Source: an uncultured Ruficoccus sp.
GTDB taxonomy: Bacteria > Verrucomicrobiota > Verrucomicrobiia > Opitutales > Cerasicoccaceae
Length of the DNA: 64,000 nucleotides
Reading direction: 5' to 3'
Assembly (NCBI GenBank): GCA_965140785.1
Contig: OZ223514.1
Location: forward strand, 1-64,000
A program made the position numbers and the translations under genes. Below the pieces are notes generated by a model that saw only the letters and a program-made list of their open reading frames with translations, was not told the origin of the DNA and searched no databases. Shown one piece after another: positions 58,594-64,000 of this stretch; the stretch's first letter is position 1; each line of letters starts with the position of its first letter.

Positions 58594-59436
58594 ATGCAGG
58601 TTATAGAATCACCGGAAGAAATGCAGTCGTGGGCCATCCGCATGCGCGGAAAGGGCAAACTGCTGGCTCTCGTGCCGACCATGGGCGCGCTCCATGAGGG
58701 GCACCTCTCGCTCATCGATGTGGCCCGCCAGAAAGCCGACCTGACCGTGGTGTCCCTCTTTGTCAATCCGACCCAGTTCGGCCCCAACGAGGATTTTTCC
58801 AAGTACCCGCGCCAGATGGAGGCCGATGTCCAGGCCTGCGAGGAACGCGGGGCAGACATCGTTTTCGCGCCCAGCCGTGACGCCATTTACCCGCCGGACT
58901 TCTCCACGTACGTGAACGAGGAGTTCGTCAGCAAGCACCTGTGCGGACTGACCCGGCCGGGGCACTTTCGCGGCGTCACCACGGTGGTGACGATTCTTTT
59001 CAATCTCTGCCGGCCGGACGTGGCGGTCTTCGGGCAGAAGGACGCCCAGCAGTGCGCCATCCTGAAAAAGATGGCCAAGGACCTCTTTATGCCGGTCGAG
59101 ATCATCGCCGCGCCCATCGTGCGCGAGGAGAGCGGGCTGGCCCTGAGTTCGCGCAACCGCTATCTGGAGCCTTCCCGGCTGACCGAGGCCGCCAAAATCC
59201 AGCAGGCCCTCAAGACCGGTCAGGACTTGGTGAAAAAGGGCTCCACCAGCGTGGACCGGGTCAAGGCCGAGGTCACCCACCTGCTCACCCAGAGCCGCAT
59301 GCTACGCATCATTTACATCGAGATCGTGGACCGCGAAACCATGCACCCGGTCCGCGAAATCGTCCCCGGCAAGTGCCTCCTGGCCACCGCCGTCTGGCTG
59401 GAGGAGACCCGCCTCATCGACAACGTCGAGCTGTGA
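58594..59436 (+). CDS. panC: Pantoate--beta-alanine ligase
   Basis: VPTMGALHEGH, FVNPTQF, RPGHFRGV, FGQKDAQQ, LSSRN, RLIDN. Confidence 0.97.
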   Translation: MQVIESPEEMQSWAIRMRGKGKLLALVPTMGALHEGHLSLIDVARQKADLTVVSLFVNPTQFGPNEDFSKYPRQMEADVQACEERGADIVFAPSRDAIYPPDFSTYVNEEFVSKHLCGLTRPGHFRGVTTVVTILFNLCRPDVAVFGQKDAQQCAILKKMAKDLFMPVEIIAAPIVREESGLALSSRNRYLEPSRLTEAAKIQQALKTGQDLVKKGSTSVDRVKAEVTHLLTQSRMLRIIYIEIVDRETMHPVREIVPGKCLLATAVWLEETRLIDNVEL

Positions 59437-59476
59437 TTTTTATATACCGAAGTTAACCCTTACATCTAAGTGTATT

Positions 59477-59845
59477 ATGAGATGTGTAGTAAAATTGATA
59501 TTAAGTGTAGGTATTGCTTTTGTCATTCTAGGTTGCTCATCTGTCGATGATGCAGGTGCATCTTCTAATGCGAAAACGGAGTTCTATTCAGGCAACTCTC
59601 ATGCTGATGATTTGCTGAAAAAAGACACCTTGGCTTTGATCTCACTTTACGTACAAGCAGATGGTTGTAATGATATCAGCCATGTAGATATTAAATCAAT
59701 GCACTACGAGCCAATGAATGGTAAAAAAGGGCACGTCTGGGCTAAAGAAGGATGGATGGTCACAGGCTGCGGCAAAGCCTACCCATTCTATGTTACATAC
59801 TCTGAAGATGGAGAAGGTGGGAACTTTATTGAAATTGCTCAATAG
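59477..59845 (+). CDS. Low-GC small lipoprotein
   Basis: Lipobox ILGC; AT-rich codon usage contrasts with panC/nadB. Confidence 0.7.
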   Translation: MRCVVKLILSVGIAFVILGCSSVDDAGASSNAKTEFYSGNSHADDLLKKDTLALISLYVQADGCNDISHVDIKSMHYEPMNGKKGHVWAKEGWMVTGCGKAYPFYVTYSEDGEGGNFIEIAQ

Positions 59846-59910
59846 CACCAGCTTGTTGGCCGGTTTCTCTCCGTGTTCTCTGTGCCCTCTGTGGTTAAAT
59901 TCATAAACCT

Positions 59911-61500
59911 TTGAAAAACTACGACGTTATCGTGGTCGGCAGCGGGATTGCCGGCTTGAGTTTCGCCTTGAAGGTGGCGGCGGCCGGGCGTCGCGTCGCC
60001 ATCATCACCAAAAAGAACCGCGCGGAGTCCAACACCAACTACGCCCAGGGCGGGATCGCCACCGTGACCTCGCAGACGGACGACTTCGAGCTGCACGTGA
60101 GCGACACCCTGACCGCCGGGGACGGGCTCTGCCGCGAGGAGGTGGTGCGCGAGGTGGTCAGCTCGGGGCCGGCCCGCATCGACGAACTTAAGCGCATCGG
60201 AGTCGAATTCACCAACCTGGAGGACGGGCGCATCTCCCTGCATAAGGAGGGCGGCCACTCCAAGCGGCGCATCCTCCACGTCAAGGATCTGACTGGGGCG
60301 GCCATTGAGCAGGCGCTCCTGCACGCCATCGAGCAGAGCGAGCACATCGACATGCTCGAACACCATTTCGCGATCGACCTGATCACCCGGGCCAAGCTCC
60401 GGCAGGAGGGGCCTGATGCCGTACTCGGCCTCTACGCGCTCAATGTCCAGACCGGGGTGGTGCATACCTTTTGCGCGCCCGTGGTGCTGCTGGCGACCGG
60501 CGGGGTGGGCCAGGTTTACCAGTTCACCACCAACCCGGACATCGCCACCGGCGACGGCATCGCCATCGCCTACCGGGCGGGCGTCGAGGTGCGCAACATG
60601 GAGTTCATCCAGTTCCACCCGACCGCCCTCTACACCCGGGCGAAGGACCGCTTCCTCATCTCCGAGGCCGTCCGGGGCGAGGGCGCGGTCCTGCGCAACA
60701 GCCGGGGCGAGGCCTTTATGAAGCGCTATGACGCGCGCGGCGACCTGGCCCCGCGCGACATCGTGGCCCGCGCCATCGACTCGGAAATGAAGCGCTCCGG
60801 CGCCGAACACCTCTGGCTCGATATCACCGACCAGGACGAGGCGTACATCCGCGACCGCTTCCCGACGATTTACGAAGCCTGCAAAAAGGCCGGCATCGAC
60901 ATGGCCAAGGAGATGATCCCGGTCGTCCCGGCCTGTCATTACCTGTGCGGTGGCATCACCACGGCGCTCGACGGCACCACCGGGCTTGACGGCCTGCTGG
61001 CCTGCGGCGAGGTCGCCTGCACCGGCCTGCACGGGGCCAACCGCCTGGCCAGCAACTCCCTGCTGGAGGCCTGCGTGCTCGCCCACAACGGCGCCCAGAC
61101 CGCCTTGAAATATCTGGAGACCCACGCCAACGGCAAGTTCGAGATGCCCCAGTGGCGCGACGGGGATGTGCGTGACCCGGATGAGCGTGTCGTCCTGCAC
61201 CACAACTGGGATGAACTCAAGCGCACCATGTGGGACTACGTGGCCATTGTCCGCACCGACAAGCGTCTCCAGCGAGCCCGCACCCGCATCCAGAATCTCC
61301 AGCGCGAGATCACCGAGTACTACTGGAACTTCAAGGTCGAGCCCGAGCTGCTCGAACTGCGCAATCTCATCCAGGTGGCCGAACTGATCATCGACTGCGC
61401 CCTCCAGCGCCGCGAGAGCCGCGGCCTGCACTTCACGCGCGACTATCGCGACAAACTTCCCGAGCCCCAGGACAGCATCGTTCAGCGCCTCCAGGGTTGA
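59911..61500 (+). CDS. nadB: L-aspartate oxidase
   Basis: GSGIAG, YAQGGIA, EGGHSKRRILH, QFHPT, LAPRDIVARAI, GLHGANRLASNSLLE. Confidence 0.96.
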   Translation: MKNYDVIVVGSGIAGLSFALKVAAAGRRVAIITKKNRAESNTNYAQGGIATVTSQTDDFELHVSDTLTAGDGLCREEVVREVVSSGPARIDELKRIGVEFTNLEDGRISLHKEGGHSKRRILHVKDLTGAAIEQALLHAIEQSEHIDMLEHHFAIDLITRAKLRQEGPDAVLGLYALNVQTGVVHTFCAPVVLLATGGVGQVYQFTTNPDIATGDGIAIAYRAGVEVRNMEFIQFHPTALYTRAKDRFLISEAVRGEGAVLRNSRGEAFMKRYDARGDLAPRDIVARAIDSEMKRSGAEHLWLDITDQDEAYIRDRFPTIYEACKKAGIDMAKEMIPVVPACHYLCGGITTALDGTTGLDGLLACGEVACTGLHGANRLASNSLLEACVLAHNGAQTALKYLETHANGKFEMPQWRDGDVRDPDERVVLHHNWDELKRTMWDYVAIVRTDKRLQRARTRIQNLQREITEYYWNFKVEPELLELRNLIQVAELIIDCALQRRESRGLHFTRDYRDKLPEPQDSIVQRLQG

Positions 61501-61544
61501 GCAGGCTTTCTCTCCCCACGGTTGCATCGCGGCTTTTTTTACCT

Positions 61545-62718
61545 ATGTTTGCGCGCATGGAATGGCTAAATGATGAGATCGGTGGCAATTCGCTGTGGCG
61601 GTATCTGATGGTGGCTGTGATCATCCTGGGATCGATTCTGATCGGGATGGTGTTCAAGGCCCTTCTACGCCGCTGGTCCGCACGGGAGGAAACACACGGG
61701 CACGCCATCATGGCTTCGGGCATTATGGCTATCGCCGAGTCCACCGTGTTCCTGTGCTTCAGTATCGGGCAAAACGGAGCCTTCGACCTGCTCGGCCTGC
61801 CCAGTGGGGTGGACAAGTTCCAGAACATGTCCAGCGACCTGATCACGCTGTTGGCCATCATTCGCCTGGCTTGGCAGTTGATCCGCGTGCCGGAGGCGTG
61901 GCTGCGGGTGCTGGCCACGCGGGACGGCACCACGCTCAACTCCATGATCGCGCCCATGGTGCGCAACAGCCTGCGCACGCTGGTGGTGCTGATGGCGCTC
62001 TTGCAGGGCATCCAGATCATTAGCAACCAGGACTTTACCACGATCCTGGCCGGGCTCGGGGTGGGGGCGGCGGCGCTTGCGCTGGCCTCACAGCAGAGTG
62101 TGGCGAATTTTTTCGGGGCCATCGTACTCTTCGTCAACCGGCCCTTCGACATGGGCGACCGCATCGTCTATAACGGCTCGGACGGTACGGTCGAGGAGGT
62201 CGGCATCATGTGCACCAAGCAGCGCACGCTCGAAGGGCACCTGGTCACGATCCCGAATGGCAAGCTCTCCGGCGACTTGATCCGCAACGTCAGTAAGCGC
62301 CCGAACATCCGCCAGATTCACAACATCACCATTACCTACGACACGCCGCCGGAGAAGATTAAGCGGGCGATCGAAATCGCGCAGGAACTGCTCAAGGACC
62401 ACCCCGGTCTCGACGAGAGCCTGCCGCCCAAGGTGTACTTCAACGCGCTCAACGCCGACAGCCTGAACATCTTCTGCATTTTCTGGTTTCATCCGCCGGA
62501 CTGGTGGGCCTTTAACGACTTCAACCAGCACTTCCTGCTCTCGATCTTCGAGAGGTACGGGGAAGAGGACATCGACTTCGCCTTCCCGAGCCAGACCCGT
62601 GTACCTGGCCGGCGACGAGCGCCGCCCGCTCAACTTTGGCGAACTCACCGTCAAGGGGATTCAGAGCGAGGCCCCGGTGGAGGAACACCCGGACGGTTCA
62701 CAGAAGAAATCCGGATAA
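61545..62718 (+). CDS. MscS-family mechanosensitive channel, probable 1-bp frameshift at ~62596-62598 near C-terminus
   Basis: LAGLGVG..ALALA, RPFDMGD, GTVEEVG, IPNG, IDFAFPSQT; shifted frame continues VYLAGDERRPL...KKSG*. Confidence 0.88.
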
Positions 62719-62836
62719 TCTCGCCGTGAGCCGGGAACACCGGGCCGCTCCCGGGCTCTAAAGGAGTGTCGTCAAATCCATCTTTGCCTCCTTCAGGGGG
62801 GCACCCCTGTTCCTGATGCGTATGTACACACACTGC

Positions 62837-62958
62837 TGTCATCCTGGGCAAGTCCGCTGGCGGACGCGCCGAAGGATCTCGCCGTGCGGACCTGCTGGAA
62901 CCGACAGAAGGCCCTCACATGGAGATCCTTCGACTCGCGACGCTCGCTCAGCATGATA
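62837..62958. repeat. TGTCATCCTG...GAAGGATCT-type palindromic element
   Basis: tgtcatcctg..cgaaggatctc ... gagatccttcg..cagcatgata inverted arms. Confidence 0.7.
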
Positions 62959-63081
62959 ACGGTGATGAGCGCAAGGTCCAGGGTTTGAAAACATTGTTTA
63001 ACCGCCGGTCGAATGCTTCCGCGACAGGGGCTCTTTTTGCGTTGCCCCGGAGGCGTCGGGGGCGCGAAATATCCTCCTGCC

Positions 63082-64000
63082 ATGTTTAAGGAAAACCCCA
63101 GGGTGGCCATTGTCGGGCCGGGTGCGATTGGTGGCTACTACGGTTGTCACTTGGCCCGTGCCGGTTGCGACGTGCACTTTCTGCTGCGTAGTGATTATGA
63201 CGCGGTGAAGGAGCGCGGCTTCGTTATCCGCAAACCGGGGGAGACCTTCACCCTGCACCCCGTGCAGGGGCACCGCAAGCCGGAGGAGATCGGCCCGTGC
63301 GACCTGGTCATCATCGCTCTCAAAAGCACGGCCAACCGTCGTCTGGAGAAGCTTGTGGCCCCGCTGGTCGATGAGCATACCCTGGTACTGACCCTGCAAA
63401 ATGGCATGGGCAACGCCGAGGCGCTGGCGCAGTTTGTCCCGGCCCCGCAGATTCTGGGCGGCCTGTGCTTCGTCTGCCTGAACCGGGTGGAGCCGGGCGT
63501 GATCGAGTGCTACATGCCGGGGCGGATTTTTATCGGCGAATTTCTCGGCAGCTACCGCCAGCGCACGATCCAGATCGTGGAGCTGTTCGAAAAGGCCGGG
63601 ATCGAGGCGTACTTCTCGCGTTCGCTGGACGAGTCGCTCTGGCGTAAGCTGGTCTGGAACATCCCCTTCAACGGGCTGGCCATCGCCGCCGGGGGCGTCA
63701 CCACCACAGAGGTCATGGCCAGCGACCATCTGGTGCAGCTGGCCCGGATGCTCATGCGCGAGGTGCAGGCCGCTGCCCGCGCCCACGGCCATTACATCCC
63801 GGACGACTTTCTGGAGTCGCAGATCGAGGAGACGCGCCGCATGGACAGCTACAAGCCCTCCAGCCTGCTCGACTTCCTCGCCGGGCGCGAAGTCGAGGTA
63901 GAGGCGATTTTCGGTGAGCCCCTGCGCCGCGGCCTATCGAAGAGTGTTGTCATGCCCCGCCTGGAGACCTTGTATTACCTGCTCAAAGGCTTGTGCCCGC
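63082..64000 (+). CDS. panE: 2-dehydropantoate 2-reductase (ApbA/PanE family), 3' end beyond window
   Basis: Manual translation: VAIVGPGAIGGYYG, LQNGMG, WRKLVWNIPFNG, YKPSSLLD...EVEAIFG. Confidence 0.88.
   Translation, partial: MFKENPRVAIVGPGAIGGYYGCHLARAGCDVHFLLRSDYDAVKERGFVIRKPGETFTLHPVQGHRKPEEIGPCDLVIIALKSTANRRLEKLVAPLVDEHTLVLTLQNGMGNAEALAQFVPAPQILGGLCFVCLNRVEPGVIECYMPGRIFIGEFLGSYRQRTIQIVELFEKAGIEAYFSRSLDESLWRKLVWNIPFNGLAIAAGGVTTTEVMASDHLVQLARMLMREVQAAARAHGHYIPDDFLESQIEETRRMDSYKPSSLLDFLAGREVEVEAIFGEPLRRGLSKSVVMPRLETLYYLLKGLCP

Noticed and set aside
59843..59870. Integron attC site after the low-GC lipoprotein
   Set aside because: gttggcc only loosely fits GTTRRRY; no RYYYAAC inverse core or attC-length palindrome
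18711..61527. Long antisense ORFs opposite glnS, tkt, dxs, dapL, nadB and others
   Set aside because: Codon-bias shadow frames fully overlapping well-supported genes
280..62600. Programmed frameshifting or phase variation for wzm, purS and mscS
   Set aside because: No slippery heptamers or long homopolymer/SSR tracts at the sites; sequencing or consensus error is simpler

Overview
High-GC bacterial chromosome segment. The PEP-CTERM genes, dapL, scattered operons and repeat style suggest Verrucomicrobiota/Opitutales (inference). It opens with a surface-polysaccharide region: a GbsR-like regulator, an RfaH/NusG-paralogue gene, an ops/JUMPstart-like site, an ABC permease, and a divergent priming glycosyltransferase. 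Next come a STAS anti-anti-sigma gene and a Wsp-type chemosensory cluster (two Cache-domain WspA-like receptors, wspB-C-D-E-F) with no wspR/GGDEF gene. About 25 kb downstream, a WspR-type receiver domain is fused to a PP2C/SpoIIE phosphatase and followed by an RsbW-like kinase. The best candidate for a new system is therefore a Wsp pathway rewired from c-di-GMP to a sigma-factor partner switch. The rest is housekeeping (purS, glnS, leuC/D, tkt, rpmB, dxs, xseB, sufS/U, hisF, dapL, panC, nadB, panE) mixed with lower-GC single-gene inserts. These include a DUF4062/TIR-like protein with 8 mosaic TPR repeats beside tRNA-Arg(UCU), a PEP-CTERM protein, and a thioester-domain-like protein with a variant sorting signal next to an HpsJ-like gene. 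Intergenic DNA carries at least four repeat families: a covarying three-hairpin element that starts at stop codons, a 168-bp MITE (2 copies), inverted pairs of 8-10-bp-period tandem repeats, and a TGTCATCCTG-type palindrome. Three conserved genes carry single-base insertions, probably consensus errors. All protein family calls come from motif recognition by eye; no searches were run.
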